DNA from: Octopus bimaculoides | Taxonomy: Eukaryota | Direction of reading: 5' to 3' | Length of the DNA: 49,752 nt | Assembly: GCF_001194135.2 (NCBI RefSeq) | Contig: NC_068989.1 | Span: 61,264,985-61,314,736, forward strand | Part shown: positions 24,586-35,135 of the stretch, in pieces | Numbering within the stretch: the first letter of the stretch is position 1 | How the letters are laid out: the number at the start of each line of letters is the position of its first letter | Made by a program: the position numbers and the translations under genes | Notes under the pieces: model-generated | What the model was told of the DNA's origin: nothing | Database searches by the model: none | Seen by the model: only the letters and a program-made list of their open reading frames with translations

Positions 24586-24950
24586 TGAGGCGCTGAGCTG
24601 GCATCATAGCCTCCGCGTCAGAGAAAATTCTTAATTGTATTTCTTTCGACAATACCTTCTGAATTCAAATTCCACCTCGATCGACTTTGGCTTTCATCAA
24701 TTTGAGGCGATATAATAAGTACCAGTTGTAATCGACATTCTTTGTCCCTAGAATTTCCTAGCCTTCTACCAAAATTTGAACGCAATATTTATAGATAACA
24801 TATTGTCGTAAGGTAGTGAGGCGGTAGATTCGTTACCACGTCGGACAAAATGATTCGCGGGATTTCTTCAGTCCTTATGTTCTGAATTCAAATGTCACCA
24901 TAGACAACTTTGATATTCATCCTTTCGGCGACGATAAAATACTAGGTACC
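24586..24950 (+). mobile_element. Two tandem degenerate family A SINEs
   Basis: ~24586-24790 (GGCGCTGAGCTGGCA...TTCTGAATTCAAATTCC...ACCAAAATTTGAA) and ~24808-24950 (TAAGGTAGTGAGGCGGTAGATTCGTTA...TTCTGAATTCAAAT...). Confidence 0.75.
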
Positions 24951-25004
24951 GCACACTTCCTACGTAAAAAAGAAAAAAACTTTCAATAGAGGAAAAATAA
25001 GAGC

Positions 25005-25120
25005 ATCACAACAAACCACAGTACAAATCCAAGGCACACAGGCCTGCGCTCGGCAGTGCAGTGAAAGCACGTAAATAATAGTAATAATAATGATAATGAT
25101 GATGATGATGATACTGATGA
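25005..25120 (+). mobile_element. 5'-truncated 3' UTR of an R4/Dong-type LINE with (TAA)/(TGA)n tail
   Basis: AACAAACCACAGTACAAATCCAAGGCACACAGGCCTGCGCTCGG..GTGAAAGCACGT aligns with the 3' UTR at ~24140-24200. Confidence 0.7.
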
Positions 25121-25159
25121 TGGCGTAAACCTATTTGGCATTGCATTGAATGTTGAGCG

Positions 25160-25348
25160 ATCATAGATATAGCATGTCCAGCTGACAACAAGATATGCGA
25201 TAAGGAAGAAAGAAAAGTGGAGAGATATGACTGGTTAGCTTGGGAAGTTAAGCAGTTGTGGTCGATGAATATGGTAGCAATTGTACCAATAATTGTCGGA
25301 GCCCTGGGAGCAGTGAGCATAAACATAGAGAAATTGAGTAGGCACTGA
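25160..25348 (+). pseudogene. REL endonuclease C-terminal fragment of an R4/Dong-type LINE
   Basis: Open frame IIDIACPADNKICDKEERKVERYDWLAWEVKQLWSMNMVAIVPIIVGALGAVSINIEKLSRH*, matching the typical IDxAxP...KxxKY...VPIIVGALG motif. Confidence 0.85.
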
Positions 25349-25382
25349 AGTACGCAGATATATAGATGGGAATAAACTAAGT

Positions 25383-27296
25383 AATGTACCTAGAGATATC
25401 ATGAAGAATAAAAGTTTAACTGACGTTGAAATTGGCCACATTAGGACACAAATATCTCATGGTAGATCAAATGAAAACAGCAACAATTCAGACCAAATAG
25501 GTAACAGGTGCACAGAACCCAGTGTACAAGCAGTATATCCCAATGAGGAAACTACAGAAAGGATAGCGAAGAACAGATATACGGGGAAAGAGGAGAAAGT
25601 AGACCTACCGCAAGAAGACCAGAATAAGTATGACACAGAATTTGAGGTGAATAATTGTGAGATCATAGAAGCAAAAAAAGATATTTTCAGAGAACTCAGC
25701 ACGACTGGGTCTACTGACATCATTAATAGAGAACCACTGTCAAAGATCTCAAACAGTATAATAATCAAAAACAAAATCAAGATATATATTGTTGCTCTTA
25801 GACATGAGCTATCAACCTTAAATAACCCCATCTATTCCACCACCGCTAAAGTTGTAGCTGCTCAACTAGGTATCAGGACGACACAGGTCAGAAACAACCA
25901 TGCCAATAGTGGAAAGTAGCAATACAAAAAAGATGTCGACTTTTTGCGGACGGATATGACATTTCTTGATGAATTTGCCACAGGAGTAAATGTTAAGACG
26001 CCACGAGCTAGAAAAAGTAAGCACAAATATAAAATGAAAGATTTTATAAATCTCCTCGCAACCATGGAACAATTGAAACAACGAATACAACGGAAAGCCC
26101 AACGGCTTAGATGGTATGACAAAATAATCAAGTTTTATTGACTAAACAATATATTCAAGACGGATGCAAAGAAATTGTATAGGGAAATTGGCAAAAGTGA
26201 GATAGAAGTGAAGGAGCCACCTTAGACTGAGAGAATGGAAGAAATCTGGAAGAAGATATGGAGCAACAAAAACGAATATACTGCTAAAGCTGACTGGTTA
26301 GGAGGTGAGGAAGTGAGACTGGATGAAGTTGAAGAGCAGAAATGGGAGGAAATAGGAGTAGAAAAGCTAGGCTGTTCTCTTCGAAAGTCTCAAAAATGGA
26401 AAACCCCAGGTTTGAACCGAATTCCTAGCTTCAGGCTAAGTTGCCTCACAGAAGTACACAAACATTTCGCTGCATCTCTGACTGATATCTTTGAGAATTC
26501 AGAGCAAATACCTGCCTGGGTGACCGAAGGAACAACACACCTTCTACCAAAACCTAAAGACACAAAAATTCCAAAGAACTAGCGACCAATACCACAATAC
26601 CACCTACAAGATGTTAACATACATATCAACAGCCAGAATATACGCTTTCCTTGAATAGAGATCTATCCTTCCACTAGCTCAAAAAGACTGTAAAAGGAAG
26701 TCTTATGGGTGCAAAGATCAATTAGTCATAACTTAAAAGGATTGTATAGAATTACTGCTGGAGCAAAAAGAGCCTGAGTGTGGCATGGATAGACTACAGG
26801 GAAGCATTTGATAGTGTTCCACATAATTGGCTACCCAAGCCCTTGAGACATATAAGTTCTCTCCAGTTGTCTCCAAATTCTTACAAGGTAGCATGGCTAA
26901 GTGGAACATACGTCTCCTTCTAAACCATAGTAATGGGATGACTCAAACTAACAACATCAACATCAAACGAGGCATCTTTCAAATTGACTTCGTCTCCCCA
27001 TTATTCTTTTGCATGACAATGATCCCACTCTCAATCGAACTAAATAACACCAGGTATGGGTTTAAAGTTTACAATACTACAATAAACCATCTGTTTTATA
27101 TGGACAATCTGAAATGGTTTGCTAGAAATGATGAAGAGCTAGCAGGGCTGCTAACAACTTTTAAAAAATACAGTAATGATATCGGGATAGATTTTGGCCT
27201 GGTAAGTATGCTAAAGCAACTTTTGTAAGAGGCAAACTCGGGCAATTAGCTTCCATTCAATTTGATACCGACACTACCACCAAGGAGCTTGCCGAG
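25383..27296 (+). mobile_element. R4/Dong-type LINE ORF remnant (N-terminus and reverse transcriptase), truncated at the 3' end
   Basis: ORFs 25401, 25944, 26235 and 26827 carry KNKSLTDVEI, QRIQRKAQRLRWY, KWKTPGLNRIP, GTTHLLPKPKDTKIPKN*RPI, AWIDYREAFDSVPHNWL, IKRGIFQIDFVSPL and HLFYMDNLKWFA (YMDD changed to YMDN). Stops and frameshifts separate them. Confidence 0.93.
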
Positions 27297-27306
27297 TATA
27301 ATAAGG

Positions 27307-27516
27307 ATTTGGAATGTTGGCACAAGAGCAGCAGTTTTGGGAAGAGGATGAGTCGACTACATTGACCGCAGTGTTCAATTGGTACTTACTTTATCGACCC
27401 CGAGAGGATTAGAGCAGCGTCGACTTCGGCGGGATTTCTGCTTAGAACGTAAAAGTGGACACGATGTCGTTAATAATTTTGCCCGGCGCGCGAATGATTC
27501 TGCCAGCTCACCGTGT
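27307..27516 (-). mobile_element. tRNA-derived SINE (family A)
   Basis: GTTGGCACAAGAGCAGCAG...GGTACTTACTTTATCGACCCCG...GTCGACTTCGGCGG...GATTCTGCCAGCTCACCG. Confidence 0.85.
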
Positions 27517-27625
<109 letters not shown>

Positions 27626-29499
27626 AGAAATAAGAATCAATATTGTCGTTATAGTTTTTATTGATATTTTATAATTATTAAATTGTAAAACAGAAAGAGC
27701 AACATCATCATCATAATCATTACCATCATTATCTTCGTTATCATCATAATCATCCTTATTAATTTTAGTAACTGCAGTAATAGTAGTAATGCTAGTTGTA
27801 ATCGTAGTAGTAGTAGTAGTAGCTGCAGCAGCAACAGCAGTTTTTATTGTTATATCAATTGTATCTCGACCATGTAATGTCCTTGAAACGCTCATTAATG
27901 TTTTACTATTTGTCCACTGTAAATGTCCAGACTTGTACCCAAATAGGAAATAAATATTAATTGTCACTTTACGACTAAATTGGTAATGAATAAAGATAGA
28001 GTAATACGCTATTACAACAGTAACGTGCAAGAGGAAAGAAAAAGATTTTCTATAATAATTGTCCGTGTCAATTTACAATTCAACTCATTGGAGTCTTAAA
28101 TAGCCTTCTCCTTCGATCAACTTTCGTGCATATGTTCCGCGGTATGTTTTGTAATCGATTCAATCAATTATGCCCTCCTCACCTAGAATATTAAGTTTTA
28201 AAACCGAGTTGTTTTCTTAGTGTATGCTGAATATAGCCATCCTAGAGTTCAACCCATCATACGAGGTGTAATATTTGAGGATACCTTTGCATACGTAAGT
28301 GATATCAAAAATTGTGATATACATTCAATTTTCAATGTCTAACTTTTAGGAAATTAATTGTTGCTTATTCAAAATGAGGAACTGTATATAAATGTTCAAA
28401 ATAAAATCAGATATTACATTGAAATTAAAGAAACCTCTCATGTTTATCTTAGCAAAACAAAATATGTTATCATTCTTCTAAACATTATCAAGATGATTGC
28501 AAACCGCTCCATCGAATTACTACCTCAGCAAAAGTTCATGAAAAAATATCTAAGTTTCTGAAATTTATAAGACTCTTTCGCTTATGTTAACTTCTTTATT
28601 TCTCACTTTGACTCTCTTTTACTTTCTCTCTATACGGTTTAAATCCAAATTGGAGGAATCAACAAATTCAGTTATTATTAGAGTTTTTCTCCACTACAAT
28701 AGGTTGCACAAACTATTTACTGTAAAAATGTCCTTTCATTTTTTTCTCATTTGTCAGGAAATAGAACAGCGAGAATCAAAACAATGATGTGATAGATTCA
28801 TTCTCAACATGTTTGAAGAGAAAAGGTGCTCTATGGAACGAAATGCAGTAGCAGTAAGCATACACCAACAATTCTGTCGGAACATGCGAAGAATAATAAT
28901 GTATAACATTGATATTTATTCTCTAAATTTTATAGTAGTTAAAAAAGCTAATGCATGACAAAACATGAGTACCTGCTGTGGAGATATTATGTGAATTCAT
29001 TACTTTCAACTGTATCATACATGTATTCTAGTAGACAATGCTTGAGAGTCACACTATCCTGCATATTTGTCGTCCATTAAAAATCTAACAGGTTGTAAAT
29101 GTGTTTATTTTAACGTTGGAACCATACCAATATTTACTCATTCCATTTTCCAAACACTGTTATACACTTACTTTTTATTTGCGTAATAGAGATCTTTTAT
29201 TAGTTTTGTTAAAAGACTGAATTAAACACACACCTATTCTACGATACTTGGTTTTGTTGAAGAAAACAATACATGTTTCTATGCAATATATTCGGGAAAA
29301 ATTATCCTGGTAAAAATGACTTTAGCGTCTATTTCTTACGGTGTGTGGAGAGGCATAAAGCCGCCCCTTGTTATATTTATGTATAAAATTATAAAATATT
29401 TAATAAAATTTACCTATAAGGTTATTATTTCCCCACTGGCTACCTGGTAAAATTATTATTGATTTTAGCCTTTATTATTAAAATTAATCTTTGAATACA

Positions 29500-29539
29500 T
29501 GCAAACACACACACACACACACACACACATACACACACA

Positions 29540-29587
<48 letters not shown>

Positions 29588-29790
29588 CATATCCATGACG
29601 ATTTGAATAAGTTTTGACATACTTAGTAGGTAGGTAGATATACTGAATATGTCCTTTGATTAATTTTAATCCTTCAGCTATTATATACATATCCATACAT
29701 ACACACACACGAAAACACACACACACAGACACACACACACACATATATATATACATGCATATATATATATGCATATATATATATAATGCT
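29500..29790. repeat. (CA)n/(TA)n microsatellites
   Basis: Read directly. Confidence 0.9.
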
Positions 29791-30264
29791 ACATTATAGA
29801 TTGGTCTGCTTTTAGTGAAAAACACCCAACCTATAATAGTGTGCCACTAAAACCTAAAGAATCCTTATAACCATATCCACGTATATTGTTTACCCCTTCC
29901 ATTTCCTTATAAGGAAAAGGCTGGTGCCCTCTTAAGCCTTGAATCACGAGGTCTGATAAGATGAAACAAAAAACAAATAAAATCAGGGACAGTTAAAATC
30001 TTCTTGGAATTAATAACGAGCCTGTATGGTCTGGCTAAGTCAAAATGGTTTTTTGTATTCTTCCTTCCAACTTGGAGTGTTTAAATGTAGTTGCAATAAT
30101 ATGTCCTTCTACTGAAATGAAATTTCAGTACATTGTCTGTATGTTTGTGCAACTGAAGATTGCTCTGCATTTTACATTTAATGTAATGCTAACATTGCTT
30201 AAATAAATGGAGTCGTATGAAACGATCGTACTGCATTAACCTTGAATATCCTTGTTGCTTATTT

Positions 30265-30299
<35 letters not shown>

Positions 30300-30302
<3 letters not shown>

Positions 30303-30930
30303 GAGGTGCGTCAAAAATGTATCCTGCTTTATTCTTACCCGCCAAAAGTACTGTCGTATAGGCAGAAGTCTTTGGATGGGAGATGACACGCTGGTGGGCT
30401 GCGTCAGTCTCCAGTTGTTATGCCTGTAGATGACCGAACGTATCGAGCAGAGAAAGTAAGTCCATGTCTCATCACCAGTGATTATGTACTTCACGAATCT
30501 GGATCAAAATTTGCAAAGCCCAGTATGTACTGAGCTATTTCCATTCTGAGTTTTTAATCATTTCTGTTTGTGGATGGCCTGCCTGAATCTGCCTCGCCCT
30601 CAACTTATGCATCCATGCTTGAGGCGGTCGTGCCACACCTCAATCTGAGTTTTTTTACCGTGGCATCATCGAAAAAGATCTGCTGAATCGTCTTCTTGGA
30701 GCTTGAATAACACCAAGCATTTGGCCACCAAGCATTTGGCAAAACTCGATGAAATATGTATGTTCGATGCGTTCAGTGAAAACGAAAATCCAATACGCGC
30801 GCACTAAAATGTATGTACTCTAGGCATAACAGCAGTAACTGCCGCATCGTACCGGCCATCACATCTAATCCAAAGAATGTTATCCACGCGGTATTCATTT
30901 TGCCAGAAAAATTGTTCTGAATGTCTAAAA
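30300..30930. mobile_element. Mariner (DD34D-type) remnant in fold-back configuration
   Basis: A TIR-like TACGAGGTGCGTCAAAAA follows (TA)n at 30300, and the plus strand reads MTERIEQR at 30430-30453. The minus strand from ~30775 to 30454 reads TERIEHTYFIEFCQMLG...EADSGRPST...YIITGDETWTYF (HTH, SGRP linker, first catalytic D). Confidence 0.85.
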
Positions 30931-31327
30931 TAACCTGCAACATAATCGTTTCCTTTCGAAATGTATCAAGTTCCAAAGTTTTCTAACACTTTCAGTTGCA
31001 GAACATGTCTTCGGAGTTCACTTATCGCTGAAGAGATGCATAGAAAACTTTATATATATATTTAAATGTTTGAACAGGTATTGACCAAACTATCAGTTTC
31101 ATAATACTATCTTATTTTGATACGTCCTCGATATAATAATGATATCACGCTTTATATTTGCATGTTTAGGTCAACTGTCATCAAAATGTGATACTTGACT
31201 CTGGCATAGTAAATTCTCTAGGAAATTCTGTAACAAATAGATATTATGTGAACTATGGAGGAAGTTTCGAATAATCGAAAATGCTTTAGGCAGACAGTAA
31301 ATACATTCTGTCAGGGATTTCATCTCT

Positions 31328-31454
31328 TGTGTGTGTATGTGTGTGTGTGTGTGTGTGTGTGCGTGCGCGTGTATATATATGTGTGCATGTATTATGTGTA
31401 TTATGTGCATTATTTACATAAAAAGAGAGTGGGAGAGAGAGTGAGTGAGTGATT

Positions 31455-31512
<58 letters not shown>
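31328..31512. repeat. (TG)n and (GA)n microsatellites
   Basis: Read directly. Confidence 0.95.
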
Positions 31513-31516
<4 letters not shown>

Positions 31517-33109
31517 CAATAGCCGTTTCACAAAGAAACTGAAGAGTAATAGACTTTAGAATTTCAGACGAAATACTTAGTTTTGTTTTAGAAACTAAAC
31601 GGCGTATCTCTTTAAAGGTATTTTGTTTATGAAATCTAAAGTCGCACTAGTGTTATAGCGAAAAAGTGCTCGAGGATGGGCATAGGACAATTATTGAAAA
31701 CAACGGATAAACAAATATGAGCATTAAATTTAGTGATGTGTTGGACAGGATATTACTACCATAAATTAAAAATGCTTCTTATCTTGTTTTGGTGGCCGAA
31801 GTATTCTTTTGCAACGGAGAGGAAGAAATTTAAAGATTGTGAAAAATGTGAGAGGAGGACCAGAAATTGCTTTCTTTTTATTCTCTAGCACTATCAGCAG
31901 TAAACTATCTATATAATTCCTGCTAACGCTTAGAACATAATTTCTTGTCTCCGAAAGAGTAACCACCAGTTAGAAAGTAATGAAACTGAAATGAAACTGG
32001 AATTGCTATAAGTCGCTTGCAGGCAATCGTAGGCGGATTTTATAAATTTTAGTATTTTTGAAGATAAGCGTATTCTGCGTATTCTACGTTAACGAACATT
32101 ATTTCCCCCATTTTCCTTGAATCATTGCAATTAAAATTACATATTTTAAATAATATTGTTATGAAATGTTATTTTAAATGCATTACTTTCTAAAGAATAT
32201 TGTTCAAATAAGTTTCTAACATAATTAAAATAAATTGCCAATATTCATGTTGGAAAGATTTGGTGAAGACAACTATATTTTCCTTAGAAATATAGGTGTG
32301 CTACAATATATTGAGTGGTATGTTATGTGAAGCAAACCTCAGGCAAGTCGTGTTGTCATGTGCTATATATTGGTGGTTAATGTCATTCATTTTATTTGTG
32401 CACATAATGCCAGAAGTGAAGACATGTATGACTCACATCATTATAGCTTACACCAAGAAGAATTTAATAATCAATTTCTTCGAACCAGCATATATGCCCT
32501 CGGAGTTATAGGAGAAGGGAAATTATATTGTCTGTAACAGATAAGCTGCCTCTGAGGCATTATTTCACTAGACCCAGAAACGTTTCCTTAGACACGCTGA
32601 GGTTGAAAATCTTTTATCTTTCTTCAGGGTATTCAAACTCACGTATAAGTGAATGATATTAGTACAATAGATATATTCCTTACTTTTAAAAGTACTTTGC
32701 TTAACGAAAACTTACTAACCTATATTTGACAAGATTTATTACTTTTCAATGTTCGAAGAAAGAAACTCACATTATGAAGAATTGTATAAATACGGATCTA
32801 GTTTCTTTCTTCATTCGCAAAATATGCATTTTTCAAAAGACAGTAAAACATTTGAAAATCGACTATAATAATGTAGACTTCTAGTCTCATTGCTTTGAAG
32901 GTATGATGTTGTGGATCAAAAAGTTACAGAGGTTTTAATATCGGAAAAACTATATTTTTAGCCAACAGCGAGACAGAAGTTTTCTGCGTTTAGCGGAGCG
33001 GTATCAACTTTAAGATTGTGCCCTGTGAAATTTAGAGTTTAGTATCTGACATATTCATTGTAACATTTCTAACATCGCATGTATATGATATTCTGGAATA
33101 AATATATTC

Positions 33110-33530
33110 TTTTCTACTCTAGGCACAAGGCCTGAAAGTTTTTGGTGAGGGGTCCAGTCGATTAGATCAACCGCAGTACACAACTAGTACTTAATGAATG
33201 GACCCCGAAAGGGTGAAATGCAAAGTCGACCTCGACGGAATTTGAACTCAGAACGTAAGGACAGACGAAATACCACTAAGCATTTCGCTTGGCGTGCTAA
33301 CGTTTCTTATTTCTTTATTCCCGATAAGGGGCTAAACATACAGGGGACAAACAAAAGACTAAGTCGATTACATCCGCCCTAGTGCGTAACTGGTACTTAA
33401 TTTATCGACTCCGGTAGGATGAAATGCAAAGTCGACCTCGGCGGAATTTGAACTCAGAACGCAACGGCAGACGAAATACCGCTAGGCATTTCGCCCAGCG
33501 TGCTAACGTTTCTGCCAACTCACCGCCTTA
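33110..33530 (-). mobile_element. Dimer of two family A SINEs with different 3' tails
   Basis: ~33110-33306 has tail CTTTCTACTCTAGGCACAAGGCC; ~33307-33530 has tail TATTTCTTTATTCCCGATAAGGGGCTAAACAT. Both share GTCGACCTCG.CGGAATTTGAACTCAGAACG. Confidence 0.92.
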
Positions 33531-33669
33531 ATATATCAAGAATATTATCACGATTTCATGTTTAACTTAAATTAAAGCTATTTATATTTTGTATATTATC
33601 AGTTCCATTTTACCAGCGATCTGGCAGAACCCTTAAACATAAGGGACACATCAATACTGGCTGTTTACG

Positions 33670-33810
33670 AGGTAGGTTCCAATTTGTCGATGTCGATTTT
33701 GTCATTTATCTTTTCGGGGTCCGTAGAGTAAATACCATTTGATCACTGGAATCAATGTAATCAACTCACCTGCACCTTTAAAACTGGTAGCTTCATAAGA
33801 AAATTTCAAT
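33670..33810 (+). mobile_element. Degenerate family A SINE fragment
   Basis: GTCGATTTTGTCATTTATCTTTTCGGGGTC...CACTGGAATCAATGTAATCAACTCA. Confidence 0.55.
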
Positions 33811-34017
33811 CAAATATATTTTTTAAAATAAGGCGGCGAGCTGGCAGAATCGTTAGCACGCCGGGCGAAATGCTTAGCGGTATTTCGTTTGTCGTTACGT
33901 TCTGAGTTCAAATTCCGCCGAGGTCGACTTTGCCTTTCATCCTTTCTGGGTCGATTAAATAACATTAATTACATTATTTACATTTGACGGATATTTGCCC
34001 TCATCTTGTTTGTTGTT

Positions 34018-34064
34018 AACACAACATTTTGGCTGATATACCCTCCAGCCTTCATCAGGTGTCT
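34018..34064 (-). ncRNA. Minimal type I hammerhead ribozyme motif, mutated (left pLTR)
   Basis: The minus strand reads AGACAC-CTGATGA-A-GGCTG-gagggtatat-CAGCC-AAAA-TGTT-GTGTT. Stem I (GACAC/GTGTT) and stem II are intact; GAAA is changed to AAAA. Confidence 0.7.
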
Positions 34065-34948
34065 TGAGGAAATTTCGAACCTGGGTTCTCATTCCTAATG
34101 TACATGGAATACTTTGAGAATTTGACTTTAGGATCAACACCACTAAATCCAAACCTATGGCTACAATGTGTTGATGACACCTTTATACTCTGGCCCCACC
34201 AGGAAGATATCCAAGTGCTGTTAGATCATGTGAACTCAATAAAGCCATACATACAGTTCACAATGGAAAAGGAAAAAGACAATCAGCTAACATTCCCGGA
34301 CGTATTAATAACACGCACCAAGTATGCATTTAGGACATCCGTTTACCGCAAGCTGACCTTCACTGGACGACACTTTAACTTCAATTCCCACAATCCATAC
34401 AGTGAAAAGAGAGGGATTATTCAGCACCTAAAACATCGAGCAAAGAATATAAGCAGCGATCGTGATACCCACCACGAAGAAATGATCAAGCTCAGTAACA
34501 ATCTATTAAGCAACGACTACCCGCAAAACATACTATTTATTCCCATTATGAAGAAAGGAGGGGATGAAACCAATAAACTGTCTACAGTATGTACCCTATA
34601 TGAAAAGCCTGTACGAAAAGATACAAAAAGATATGCGGCCCATATGACATCAGGACAGTATTCAAGTGTAATACAACACTTCGCAAATATCTCCTTCGGG
34701 TAAAACCTCCAATAGAAGAGAATATGACCAAAAACTGCGTAGCAGGTTATACAAAGGCAAAATATGCCTACCCCTCAAAATAAGCGTAGACGAACATCGC
34801 AAAGCTTCAACAAGCAGCACATATGCTAGGACACAACAACCTCCTAAGCAGACCGAATGCAGATATGAATAGCATATGGGAACTGGTATTAAGGAAGGAT
34901 AGGAAAATATTATATTTATAAGCCCTAAAAATTCACTCCTTAATTTCC

Positions 34949-35015
34949 CATGGGTAATGGTTCAGAACGCGGGCTACGAACCCCAAGATTCCGAGTTCAA
35001 TTCCAGGCAGTGACC
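34949..35015 (+). other. tRNA-Arg-like Pol III head (SINE head, not a functional tRNA)
   Basis: TGGGTAATGG (A-box-like, 34951-34960), CTACGAA loop (34974-34980) and GAGTTCAATTCC (B-box, 34993-35004). AACGCG..CTACG.A....AAGATTCC..GTTC.A.TCC.GGC parallels metazoan tRNA-Arg(ACG) as I recall it. No complete cloverleaf. Confidence 0.7.
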
Positions 35016-35088
35016 TGAATAATAATAATAATAACAATAACATCGAAAAATACCTTAGGATTGAGAACCCAGGTTCGAAATTTCCCCC

Positions 35089-35135
35089 AGACATCTGATG
35101 AAGGCTGGAGGGTATATCAGCCGAAATAGCATTAA
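35089..35135 (+). ncRNA. Minimal type I hammerhead ribozyme motif, mutated (right pLTR)
   Basis: AGACAT-CTGATGA (35095-35101)-A-GGCTG (35103-35107)-loop-CAGCC (35118-35122)-GAAA (35123-35126). The core is intact; stem III and the cleavage site are degenerate (TAGCATT). Confidence 0.7.

Noticed and set aside
32296-32537. Two overlapping open plus-strand frames after an AG acceptor-like site
   Set aside because: No recognisable domain or donor site; short open frames of this length can occur by chance.
34949-35015. Functional tRNA-Arg gene
   Set aside because: The acceptor stem and anticodon stem are incomplete and it is embedded in a retroelement, so it is treated as a SINE-type head.
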